Source: Guillardia theta CCMP2712
Lineage: Eukaryota; Protista; Cryptophyta
Assembly (NCBI RefSeq): GCF_000315625.1
Contig: NW_005434659.1
Location: 1 to 64,000 of the forward strand
Length of the DNA: 64,000 nucleotides
Direction of reading: 5' to 3'
The translations under genes were made by a program, and so were the position numbers. How positions within the stretch are numbered: position 1 is the stretch's first letter; each line of letters opens with the position of its first letter. This document shows, in pieces, positions 8,981 to 22,700 of this stretch. Below the pieces are notes generated by a model. The model saw only the letters and a list, made by a program, of their open reading frames with translations, did no database searches and was not told where the DNA came from.

Positions 8981-11900
8981 ATGGACGCAGACAGAGGAAT
9001 CGAGTTACTTGCCCCAAAGGTCAACAATTATTCGCAGAAAGTTGTATTCATTTCCTTCAGGTCATGAATTGGGAATTGGCTTTTTTATTGGAGGACGACA
9101 ATAGCATCTGGGACAATAGGCAACTGCTTTGGTAAATTTCGAAAATTTGGAATGTATACATTTCATGAAGGCATGCAAATTGTAGGAAATGGGAAATTAC
9201 GGTTTCACGAGTCTGCGAGAAACAGTAAAATATATACACCAGATTCTATGCATCTACTGAACCTTACAAATCAGAAAAGATGCGGACAATAAGAGCCGAT
9301 TCAATACAGGAGTGATAGTCGAGGCAATTTTTCTTTCTTTGATATGATGTATCTGTTAAAGCGACGTCAACAGGAGCAGCATGCACGTGGAGTAAAAAGC
9401 TTGGATGCAGCCGAGCTATTTTTACAACAAGGACACAATCTGTACATGATTGTCGAAACTCATCTGTGTCGTCCTAACCTTTAATTGTCAGATACAATTC
9501 TAAAGATTATTGTGAAGCTATCGAAGCTTTTAAGAAGGGTGAAATCTTTTCCCACGTGTTGAAGTCTTGTCTGATGATTGAAATGCTAGCCAGCAGCTGG
9601 TATTTCCGTAAGGGTGAGAGGTCCAAGAGTGAAATTGCAAAAGCTTGGGTTCGTCGGGTATGATTCCCCTTTAGTTCATTACATTCGTTTTACGTTGGAA
9701 TAGGCCAAAGTAGCCCTGATTGAGAGGAATGTCTCTTCCTGCCTTCAAGATGTTGGGAGGTGTTGCAAAACAGAATGATCGAGTAGTGATTTTTGACTGA
9801 TTTACGTAGCTGCTTCTGTGTTTGCGAATTGACAAGATATCTAAGAATTTATGATCTCACTGTGAAGAGGTTTGGTAATGCTCAGATGGCTTGGACTGCA
9901 ACACGAGACAAGGAACTATCGTTTCAAAAGGGGGATGTAATTCAGGTTTACAAGTTGAATGAGGTGTTGTTTTGTTCCATACTTGAAGGGTCAGAATGAT
10001 GAATGAATGATAGATGTTGTCACAAGAGGACCACTTTCACACGTGGTATGATGGACGTGTGAACGACAAAGAAGGGGTGTTCCCTTCTAAGACGTGGTTA
10101 TATCGACCGAATGGAAATCCTGTGAGTTTCAGTTGGTTTTTGTCATGTTTTGCTGATGTTATCCAGATCTTGGATGACGATGGAAATCATTCTAATCAAA
10201 CCATCGTCCAACTAATACCAAATTCCTTATACCTAGATTATTGTCTTGGTGGTCGCGAACAAGACAAATTTAGCATGCAAGAAACCAAAACATCTTTAGA
10301 TTTCAATCCAGCAATGATATGGTAGAAATTGTACATGTATGCATTTTTTAACAAGAAATTGCAGGATTGACGAAGCTGACACAAACAGTCTAAAGAATGG
10401 AATTCTCCCTGAACTGAAATATATCAAGTAAGCCCACAATGTGCGATCATCTGTGTTGATATTGAGGAATTTAGACGGAAACTTGGAGTAGAAAATGAAC
10501 GAGCCGGAAGAGTTCGAAAGACATTAAGATTCCATGACTTCTTGTTACTGCTGAGTGACTTGGAAATCGTTGCCCCGCGAGGAAGCTCGCCAACATCGTA
10601 TCAAATATCTTCTGACAAGGCAGCTCGACTTTTCTCTTCGAGCAAACCGGCATCATTGATACGTGGATAGGCATTCGAGATTTTCCGTGAAGCTCATGGA
10701 CAAGAGGTGTGTTCATTTGTATCAACCCTGGGAAGATCAATTTCCATCACAGGCTGCAAACGATCACTCAGATCTCGACTTCGACGCTTTCATCACCGCC
10801 ATGCGTACGTGCGATTGTTGAACTACCTGAGAGACTCAATCCTCCATAGATGCCATCAAGCAAGAGCTGAATATCCCAAACTCGTTACATGAGGCTGAAA
10901 ATTCTGAAGAGGGGTACATCCAGATAAATTGTTAGATTTGATGATCATCACGCAGAACATGGAGCTGCTCGTTCGGAACACGCACATTCGTCAATTCAAT
11001 AAATGATCTTACGGAAGCTTTCAGAATGATCCATTCGATTGATCAGTACAAACTAACTACCATGTTCCAGATACATATTTGTAATCCAACTTCACACAGA
11101 TCGTGGGGAAAAATCATAAAGATGAAGATACGGAAAATAGCAATACAATTTGCAGCATTTCAAGAAACTCATGCTAAGCAATTGACTATGGACAAGAGAT
11201 TTTGGTGGGCAACCAGCGTTTTCAAATATGCTGAAAGCTTGTACAATGGCAAAGTTGGAAATGAAGAGACGTTGGTGGAAAATTTGCATATATTTGATGC
11301 TCATGAAGACTGCAGGCAATTTGGTGCTATTCCTGAAAAATTGTTAGAAGTACATAGAAGTTACATCTCCAATCAATATCAGATTGCGATGGCTGCTTTA
11401 AAGAAGGCCACTGAACCAGGACTCTTGTTGGATTCTGAAAAGGTCATTTTCAAAAATGTTCGTTATTTTCTCATCAGTTTGGAAGGACTACACCTTAGTA
11501 TATGACAAGCACTCTGAAATCGCTATTAAGATTTTTTCCGAGCTTGAAGATCATATGGTAACAATGGTTTCAACATATTTACTCCGATGATTTTGGAACA
11601 GGCATTGGGGACGGTTTTGCGTTTTAAAGCAGAGCTTGCTTTGAGAAATGGTGATATCAAAGAAGCGTTTGAAGCCGCAAAACTATCTGAAAAAGAGTAA
11701 GCTTTTGAAGCCAGTGTTTCTCAACATCATTTTAAGCTTTGGAAAGGTTTTCTTGGCATGGTGATAAACAAGGAATTTCGACAGCATTTCGATTACTGGG
11801 AGATATTGCAGTTATCAATGGGAAAGTGATTCAGGTAGTTCTATAGTTTATTGGAAATATATCTGCACAACAGTCATTTATTTTATTCCTTCTAGGCAAT

Positions 11901-13770
11901 AGGATACTTCAACGCTGCTTTGCAAATCGCCGCAGATCACAACGACATCTCGACTGAATGTGTGATACATGAAAGGATAGGTGAAGCCCAGTTTTGGTAA
12001 CAAATACGATTGAATCGATTGGACATGAAAGCGCACTAATGCTTCATTTCTGTAGGAAGGGAAACTACATATTGGCAAAAAATCATTTTCAAAAATGTCT
12101 TGAATTATCTGGAGGAATTGATCAGATACGAATGAAAGCCAAAGCGATGGGAGGAATCGGCCGTGTTGAAAAAGAACAAGGATGTTACGAAAAAAGTCAG
12201 CAGCTCTTGTAATTGGAATTCTCGCGTTTATTCATTTCATCTTTTGACGATTACATAATAGGAAGGAAAGTTCCAACCTCTTGGAGAAGCTAGATGACAA
12301 GATTGAAGTGGATAATGCTTGAATTTAACATTGCACAAGTGATCCATACGCAGGCAGCAATGATAAAATTTGAGCACGCGGAGATACAGAAAATTCTGTT
12401 TGAAAATGATTGGAAAAGGAAGATAGAAGCTGCGTCATCTTCGCTTGAGAGCAATCTGGCGCGGTACGACCATGCTTTGTCTATGTCACACTCACTTGGT
12501 TTTGGTTGTTGCTGGCAGCTGTCTTGCAAATCATAACAAATTGATGCTTTCAAGAATCATGGCAATCCTTTGGATATGGCGAACAACTTCGCGAATGTCG
12601 AGCGAGTTGAGGATTAGAATGTAGCCATTTGTTTCATGTACAAGATTCCTTTGAGCCGGTCTGATCACAGGAGACAAGGAGAATCGTTGATAGATACGAT
12701 GAAGCAGCTGTAATCATTTGACCTCTCAACACACGGATGCGTTATACTTCTTCCAGTTCATACGACGCTGTACTTGAAGGAGAAAAGATATTGAAACGAG
12801 TGGAAGGCGTTGGAGACTCAATAACTAGTACGACCTGGGCAAGTTGTACATGGTAAAACTAACTTTGCCTCATAGAGACTGATTTATTGGTGAAAATTGT
12901 CGAGATGAAAATGGTTATTTCAATGATTTCATCACAAATATGACAAAAGTCATTGCAGCTTGGTCTAGAGTCGGGCAACAATGTATGGAGAAAGGCATTA
13001 TCATGTCTGCAACATCATGACTTTTGTACAGGTCGAACAGCTGATCAATGTTGCAAGCATGATTTTGGAGGAGAATGCATGCACCCTCAAGTTAGCATAC
13101 CTACAAATACTGCGAGGTAGAGTCAGGTGCCGAATTCTGCAATGCTTTTTGCTGGTTGAAGGATCAACGCTCAAGGATGCTAGACGGAAGGTTGCAAGAA
13201 GCCATCGAATGCTTCTTGGAGAGTGCAAGGTATTCAACATTGCCCAACATGTCACTTTGATATTGATTTTCTCAGTATGCTGAGAAGTAGCGGGCAAAGA
13301 GAATCTTTGAACCTGGCAAATTGGTATTGATAAGATCGCATTTTGTTGCAATCAAAGATTTTCTGCAGTTTTTGGTTTCTCAGCATTTCTCGCAACCTAT
13401 CTAAGCAGGAGTTTGTGCATGATCTTCGCACCTCCCTCGAAATGTACAAGGTATACATCGCAACTATGCAAAAGCCGAAAGTCAAAACCTGCAGACATTA
13501 GGAACATCAAGAATGTGTATGTTGTGTGCATCAAGGATCTCAGGGGCTTGTTATACTTGTTTAGAATGTTATCAAGTAGATTACTGCAAAGATTGTTATG
13601 CAGAATGTGCGATGAATGGAAGGTACTCGTGGTCTTCATCTTTTGTATTTGATTGACTCGATGTTTATCGACAGGTCTTGTCACAAGACATCCAGTATGT
13701 TGAGAGCTGCCCGCCCCTTATGAAGATCATCAATGAAACTGCTCGCTTTTATTTTGAAAAAACCTGCTGA
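8981..13770 (+). CDS. Intron-rich SH3-domain and TPR-repeat protein
   Basis: Start MDADRGIELLAPK|gt; SH3 AQMAWTATRDKELSFQKGDVIQV...WYDGRVNDKEGVFPS; TPR-like GNYILAKNHFQKCLEL...KAMGGIGRVEKEQGCYEKS; last exon VLSQDIQ...FEKTC* ends at 13770. Confidence 0.7.
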
Positions 13771-13781
13771 CCTAAACATGT

Positions 13782-16700
13782 TTACGTATGAATGAAGGCA
13801 TTCTGCACAGAAATGAGACATTAAGAATTCTTGTCTTGATAAACAAACCTGATAACTTGCTTCTCCTTCATCGCTTCCAGCTTCATCATTCGCTAAGAGA
13901 AACTTTTGATCTCTGTTCTCAACGAATCCTGAAAGACATGTTGAGAAATTTGCAATGTCAGAAAATTTCTACCAAGATCTCCTTCGACGCTGCTTGGAGG
14001 AATCACAGCACTGACGGCTGAAATCAAAGTGTTCCAGAATGGAACGCGCGGCTGACGGAGACATGAGAGGTACACACGAGATCTTCGACATACATCATGA
14101 TCCCGCACTCCCGATGGAAAGCCAAGGTCTGCCACAGCGCTGAGGGTGTCGCTTATCTGCGATTAATGTCAATGCTTGCTGATTAGCTGCCATCGATTGT
14201 TACTTCAATCTTTCTGTAAACAGTCCCAGCTGCTCGCGAGATCGCCGATTGAGCAACTTCTTCGTTCCAACAAAATTCTAACACAAGTATGAAAAACTTG
14301 TGATAAAAAGCATTAATCGAGACCTATATCTTCAAGAGCCTGAATCTGAATAGGCTGCAATCTCCCAGCATGATATAATTCGCGCTGCAATATTGAATTG
14401 AGCGAGAGAGTAAAGCTATCAATCAAGTGCTTGTTGCCTGCTCGTGTACCCATAGTCCAAGCTCTCCATCGAACCATTTTGAATTCATCGGTACAGCCTG
14501 TAACAAAATGAGTAGTTGTGAACAAAATCGGGAATGACATCGTACTGTATGTCCAGTCCGGGTTCTAAATTCCCTCAACCTGGCGAAAGAATCGATCACA
14601 GCAGAATATCAAAACGAAAATAATGTTTCCTTGCAAAGTTTCTATTCCATTTGGAGTGATCAAGCAGTTTGTGTTGATCCTGTCGTATACGAATCTATTC
14701 CATCAATCATGTTCAGCAAAGCAGAAATACTATGAAGACGTCCAGAGGCTGCACCGTACCTTCAAATCTTCAAGCTCTCCTTCGCTTATCTCCCTTCCGC
14801 TTAATAGAACTGCGAGGGAGGATTATTTGAACCTTGAATTAGCGTACACTCCTTACGATCATGCAATTTTCTAATCCATGCATCCACATTCGTAACATCA
14901 AAACCTGCTTCGAGCACTGAAGCAACATCAGTATCAAAACAAATGATTGTAGAAGTCGTCTACATTGTTGTTTCAAGCGCTCAAGCTCAGCAAGACGATT
15001 TGCAAGTTCATCGTGTCGGGGATGTCTTGGTAATTCCAGTGATGTTTCATTTTCTGATTCATATTTCGCTACCTCCGCAGGTGAAATTTCCTTGAGGCTC
15101 CAAGTGAGGGGAGAGATCGCAGAATTCTCCGTCACCTGCGTCTCTGTCTCTTTTGTCGCAGCTGGACTACGGTTTGAAGGAGATCTCGACCTGATACATG
15201 CTGACGAGAAACATAAAATCCATGTGTATCCCTCACCTCTTAGCGAACGAAAAGAAATTCCGACTTGTTCTTGCGCTCTTTTCCAAAGATTTTTCTGAAT
15301 TTGCCAATTCTTGCAACAAACGATCCTGATTTGCTTGTTCCTGCATCCTCTTTTCCTGTGTAAATGTATCATTCTCAAGACTATCAATTCTTCCTCGGCT
15401 TACCTGCTCTTCTAATCGTATTTTCTTTCGTTCGAGGATTAACGCCACTGCTGACTCAGTATCCTTGTCCATAGCATCAAAACTTTGCGTGAAAAAGACT
15501 TTCTCCTACCCTCTTTTGCTTGGCATCCTGCATTTCTGCGATTTCCTGAAACGAAAATCAAAGAGGGGATCGAACATGAAGGACGAGAGATTCCTTTTGC
15601 AGCTGGAAGGCGTTGATCTTCTTTCTCCAAAATTTGACTCTCTGCATGTTAAAGTGAATGAACGAGCGAGGCAACACATTAAAATGACCTCCTTTAGAAC
15701 GAGAACTTCCTTGGATTGCACCCCCGTCTAGCATGAAAATGTAAGCTTGAGAACTCCTCGGCTTCCTCACCTTGGCCAATTTCTTGTCTACGAAATCCTT
15801 CATGCTCTACAATACAAGTCAAACAACCTTTTGGATCAGTGAAAGTGGATTGAGTAACATTTTTCTGTGGAACGGATTGAAGAATATCACAGTAATATGA
15901 TTTCTTGCCAAAAAATGGTTCCTTGCCATGATACACATTAGGCAATTCGAGGAGCACAACTGTGAGTTACCTTAAAAGCTCGGTTTTCAAAGTTTTCTCG
16001 CATCAACCCCTTCAACTTTGTAACATCGGAACTCTAAACTGAAGAATTTAAAAGAATCAAGAAAACATAGGATTGAATCACACCTTCAATGTGCCTTCGT
16101 CGTATCGACTGTTGTTTACAATATGCAGTTAAGAGAACTTTATCGCAACCGGAGCATCATACCCGATGATGTACTTCTTGAGTTCTTTTTGATTTTCCGC
16201 ACAGATTCCAGAATTTCCTAGAAGGATCTGTGAATGCGCAAGATTGCAGAAAGATGATGAAATACTTAAGCCATTCTGCAACTTATCAGCTGAGAGCTGA
16301 AAAGGCTCTGTAGTTTGATTTTGAAAATGGAATGTAACTTTTGATCCCTTCCCTAGACCAGCAAAGTCAAAAACTTTCAGAGGCCAAATTTTGATAAGAT
16401 CGAAGCTCAGTGGTTGCACTGACCAACTTTGTTGTGCGCTTCTTGAATGATTGAGTCTATTTTTGCTTGTCCTGATGTCTGTAAGCACAAGATAACACAT
16501 CCAGGAGTCACCTTGCGAGGGCGTTGCCGACGAAGTGAGTACGGATTGGAGAATTTTCTAAAGCAAAATTGCTTATGAATGATTCAATGTCAAGTAAATT
16601 TCTTTGGAATACCATGTTCGACTCTTCTTCCAAAATCTGACAAATAGCAAAATATTCATTTGATTGCTATCATTCTTAATTGAAACATACCTGCTGGTCC

Positions 16701-19700
16701 ATATTCACATACAGCGAGTAGAAGAAAGGATTTCTGATCTCTTCCAGCAAATCTCTCTCAATCTGAACGCAATTAATCCTGGCATCTCAAAAGTGTAAAA
16801 AACTTACAGCTGTCTTCGCAAGCTTTTCTTTCTTCTGATCTTGTTCCAGTTCAAGCTCCTGCAAAATTGATCAGCTGCACAATTGCATTGAAAAGCGTAT
16901 GACAGATAGTCTCCAAGAAATCGTTGCTTTCAGCCAGTCTCTATAGAATGCAAGTCAACGCAAAAGCTGTTCATCAAGGATAATTGTGACATTGTGTAGC
17001 TTTCTATTGAGTCAGACTTTGGTTTAAGACCCTTCATGGTCTTCAGCTGATCCTTGGCTTCCTATGTAAGAAATAACTGTCAAAACAAATCCATTTCAGC
17101 ATCCTAGCGTATTGTCTGACTTGAAGTGACAGGAGAATGTCCTCGCCATCATCAGCATCGATCTTGTTCCTCAGTTCTTGAATGCCCTGAATGTTCAATC
17201 AGAATACAATGAACGAGAATTATCTTTACAGTGTCCATTTCATCTTTGTTGGCATCGAAGTCTCGTCCACCTTTAGATCCCTGAGACAAATATCATGTTC
17301 AAACTGCATTGGACGACTCCAAGTAAACCTCCACTGGCAACTGCCTTTTCCTCCTCCTGTATACGAGGGCTATGCACATCAGCGCACAAACAGCTCCGCC
17401 TCCGCCTGATAACGATAGGTCAGCTGCGCCGACATAGACAAGCTTCCGAAGACCCGCAATCCCTCCAACGCAATATGCATTAGAGCTACAGGAAAATTCT
17501 CTAAATGAGAAAAGTCAAACATTAAATCTTGCAAAGTCATTTTTCATACTTTGATGTAACTGCAACAGGCGAAGGGGCAGATACACCAGCAGGCGTAGTC
17601 ATCACTGCAATTTCATATCTTTCGTCAGCATGATGTATGTAGAAAGTATTTTACCATTTTCCACTGAAATTTCAGTGGCAGACGTATTCGTCGCCACGCG
17701 GGAAGATGCAGGAGCTGTTGCAGGTGCAGGAGCAAATCCCGCTGGCGTCACTCGCACAGCATACGTGGAGAATGAAGTAGTCGAGCCAAGCACGACTCCT
17801 TCGCTTGTCTTCACTGCTGTATCTCTATTCATACCTACAAAATCATTCAAAATCTGGAAAGGAACTGCAGTCGTATGGGCCTTCACAAAATATCTTCTCA
17901 CCTGCTGGATATGGCTTTCGCTCCCATGTGAATGTAGCTAAAACGAAAATCATCCAAAAAAGTCAAAATGTGTCATGACGTCATCTTACAGGTATTCAGT
18001 TTCCAGACAGCCAGTTCAAAATTTCGATTCAAGTATGGCAGAGCCTTGGAAGAAAAGATTCATTGGATCATTCAAGAATATGTTTGTTACCTGATCTTGA
18101 TTGAATGGAATAGTAATTGTGACCGGACTCTTAAACTATGTTTTGATATCTTTCAATAAACATTTCTTGATTCAAGTCCAATTACCTGAACTCCATCTGG
18201 TCCAAAGTTGTACCCCATAGAAAGAATCTTCATGATCGAAGCAACCAAGAAAATCAGTACAAGAATCGTTTCCAGCCTTTTGATAATTTTTGATGCATCA
18301 CCTTCCCGCCGTCATCCGCGAGCAATTTTCGCCTACCAAGTGAACTTATGGAAAAGAATTTGAAATTATCCCACCATACCGAAGTGACAGCATCGCGTTG
18401 AGATCGATCACTGTGATTGACAAGGCTCCAGCGTCCGAAGGCCACACATCTTGAAACGCATCAGCACTTCAGGCTTGGCCAACTCTCTCAACCTTTCGGC
18501 ATGCTTATTTGCACTCCAGAGCCTGCAAGTCCCAAAGTTCCTCCATTAGTCGGGGGAGGAAACAATTTGTTGTCCTGAGAGTCATTTAGACTTTCTGATA
18601 GATTTCAACCGAAGTTTGGTTATACCAATACTTTCACCGGCCCCAATGATTCCAAACCTGCAAAAACAACTGGTCCTGTTGAATTATCTAGCACGTATCC
18701 AACCTGCATATATTCAACAATGGCCCTAACGAGATATCTTGATACCTTGCAGGCAATTTCTACTTTCTGGAATGCATTCAATTGCTCTAAGCCAGAGAAA
18801 TAAGTATTCGGTACCACGCTTTCACCAAGCTGGCATTTAAAGGTGACTGTCAGCATATAGATATGAAACCCTTACTTCGAAATAATCTATTGCTGGGCAC
18901 TTTCCTTGAAACAGTACACAAGTTTTTGCAACATTATCGAACATGCAATTTTGCTGACAGACAAGACTCTTTGAACCTGTTGTAGGCATGATTGGATTGT
19001 CAGCACATAGATATTCCTTCGAAGAACAGTTTGAACTGGCCTTCGATAGTGAAGGCATAGCTTTCCACACAGCTATTGGGCGCAGTAAGAGAGCGAAAGG
19101 AAAGTTGGCAATTTGGCAACCTGATTGTAATAATGTCCAAATACGTAACGTTTCCAGAAAGTTGAGATGCCTTTCGTAAAGAAAAGTTAGGTAAGAAGAA
19201 CAATGCGATCAAGTCCCACAAAAAGAAAGCTTTAGTTTACCAAAATATGTTGTCCATTCGAGAGCATAACTTTCGTGTTGGCATCTTTCTAAATTTCAGA
19301 GATTGCAACCATCAAGTTATGCATGTACTACGAGAGGTTGTATTGGAAGTTGCGTTTGAATCATTTGCAAAAATGATTGATGACAGGGGGCATCTGCGAA
19401 GGATTTTCATCAAAATTTTCAAATACATCTCGTCACTGATACTAACGTAATCAAGATGCAGGTTACATCTGCCAATCTTGAAATGTTTTCTGAAAGGACC
19501 CATTTGCCTGCAGAGAAATTCAGCCAAGGTGACATCTTGAAGATATGTAGCACCTTTGAGGCCACACTTGATCTTCCAGGATTGCTGGCACTGATATTGG
19601 TTGCTGTCGGATCTCATATAACCCTACAAATGCGGCATTCATATCATTTTTTATATGTGCACTTTTGTTCGGTTCATTTTACCGTGTCGCACTTAATTTC

Positions 19701-22700
19701 AATTTCCGAAGCATCCCCATACCCATACTTGCGATCGGCATTCCACGAAGCGGTGACAACTGGATTGGCTTTAGACCACCGCCGTTTAAAGCCTCCTGTC
19801 TCTTGCCATGGCTATTTGCAGGGGGAGCGAAAATTGGGCAGTGAAGAGGCTCGCAAGGGGGAGGTTCTTGGAATCTAGAAAATAAATCAAACCTTTCAGT
19901 ATGCAAACGCATCGTCGCTTGTGGAAGAACTACCCGCAATTCCAATACTTGATCACACTAGCTGCTTCTCCGTCTACACCGTCATCATTTGGTGCTGCGC
20001 ATGTCGTCTTCCATGAAAGCTCTATAGTTTCAGATCGTTAAACAAGCTTTCAAGGTACACTCTGGCTCACGTTCAGGGGCCGTTCCGTTCTGAATGCTAT
20101 ATCCCGGTTTGCACATGAATTCCACTTGGGTATTCCTGAACAACCTTTTTCATGCAAAGTAGCTTTGAATCAGGCGTTTCCTGATGATGTACTGGGGATC
20201 CGTGTATCCAGATACGTCTGCCAACTCATTAGGACTCCTTGACGCAGATATGCTTGAGCTCACCTTCTGTTGGACTTAAATCTAGAATCTTTTTGGAGAT
20301 CAAACAGAGTGAGAAAGAAATGATGGAGAATGTGCAATACATACTTGTGAATAGTTCAACGGACGCAAAAAGTCTAATCCTTGGAGGCATTGTCCGCAAC
20401 CGCATGCCTTGAAATGCTCTTCAAAACAGTAAAATATAGCACTGGGTGAACGATCACCAAATTTGAACAAGTGCTTTCTGGTCCACCGAAAGGCGAGCTT
20501 GAATAAAATTCTGCCAAGTCTATTAGAACAAAGAGTTAAAGGGGAAGGTACTTTCCTTTTGTCTCAGTCTTGGAAAACACAAGCTTTTCTCCTGTAGACT
20601 GCATTTCCAAATGGACAAATCATGCTGATGACTACACAAATTTGAGAAAACATTACCGCTACATAGAAATTCTTCGTCTCTGCTTCGCTTTGCATGTTCA
20701 CCAGTCTGAAGATGCCATCTTCGCTACAAGCAATCTATGGACAATATCACTTCTTGATGGAAGTATTTGCCAAGGAAAAAATATGAAGAATTGCCTTGAA
20801 ATGAAAACCGCAGTTTGGTGGAACAGAGTTGGTGATTCGAAAACCAGCACTGCAGCCTAAGATGTACTGCATCTTTGTCAGAGCATATGCATTCGTATCC
20901 CAAGCTAGGTTACGGTATCATTCCAAATTGCAGTAGGCATTGATCTAACACAATCATTCATGATTGATCACATTCCAACAATTCCTTTCAAACCTGTCTC
21001 CACTTTGCCAAGTAATCAAAGCATTGGGTGGTATCTGAATTTCCCCACAAGATATCACGAGGCAACTGAGGCTCCCGTTCACAACATCTCTCCTTCGATG
21101 TACGCAATCGTCATCGCATCCAATTGTAGTCACAGTCGGGCCTTTGTACTTGAGGCGGTGTCAGTTCAACACTGGTAGAAGAAAAGCGTTTCGAAGGAGC
21201 TTACAGGATCATCAAATCGGAAACCAGGTGGACAGGTAATCTTAGTCTTGAGAGTGAGTATTTGAGGCACTTGCATGGTCCTTGCCTCACCTCTATGTCG
21301 TTCGAAGCGTTTGTTGATCTCTGGCTCTGTCAATATCCCCATCATCTTCGTACAAATGATAATAGTCTTGTTATACCTCTGCAACGGGGAAACTGTTAAT
21401 CTTGAGAGATGGCAATGGGGGACAGGTTGCACTGTAACATGTTTTAGAGCCAAGATTAGATAAAAGATTGGAACCTTGCACAAGTCCAAGAGTCGGAGAA
21501 CGAGCAGTCACTCTGGCACACCTCTTCAAACATCACGCCTGAACAACGAGCTTGCTTGAAGGAATTTGTAGCCTTGTCATACACTGGCTCTGGGTATATG
21601 TTGGAAAGGCTCTCATTGTAATTCTTCGTTTTCCATGGAATGTATCCAGTTGCACATGTGACCTTCAATGTACGATTGAAAAGTATGTTATCTTCCACAT
21701 TGCTGTTTGAAGATTCTCACTTTCATTCATATGCAGTCGCAAAGAAACTCACCTTCCTTGCACTCCGACTCCCATAGCGTAAGTTGTACAAGAGATTGGT
21801 TGGCACTGAAGAACAAATTCGTTTCAGCTATGAAACATCTTAGAATTTGAAACTTTGCCTTGTAGATTGACTCCCATCCATTCAACGAGCAGGATGCATT
21901 GTAGGACCTTGAAGCATCTCAGCAAAAATGTGAATCTACTCAGTAGACTTTTACATCGACAGATTGCACGTCACGATCCCAACTCCTGCGAATCCAATTC
22001 AGTCTATTCAAAGAATTTCCACCCATTGAAATACACCTGTGGATGCTCGATAGCCCTCTTTGCATGTGATAATTACTGTGGAAAACAATTCATTACTGAC
22101 CGATGTCCAATTTTCCTGTCAAAATTCATTCGTTTTCTTAATTACAAAAATCAGACACGCTTACTGCGTATGGATCATCCAGAGGTTGTATTGAATTGAA
22201 CTTGCTGCAAACATGTGGCACACAAGGCTCAACAGTCGAGTACTATATGAATCAGATCATCCTTGGAAAGTTTGAAGTAGTAAATTGAATTTACCTGTCC
22301 ATTGACACAACTGAGAGAATATTCTTTGGTACTGTTGAAATATGTACTTCCGCTGCTTCCAACATAAAAGCCGTAGATGCAGGCAATAGAAAGGGACTGC
22401 AAAGTTTATGTTATTGGAAATTTGACTTGCAAATTTACCTGTCCATGTGATAACTCGATTTCTGATTGGTCCATTGAATCTCCACATCATTTCAGAACAG
22501 CAGGAAGAACTTATATTTGCTTACCTTTCACGCGGGCATTGGAAGTTGATAGATCCTTTCGTCCACAACTGACCATTTGACATTCTACCACTATAAAACA
22601 AGAACTCAACGTAGAGACAACAAGTTGCCTGACTTGTCACCATTGGAATAACTGCAATCATCTTCGCATCTTGCGGTGAAAAATGTCGGGGCTGAGGATA

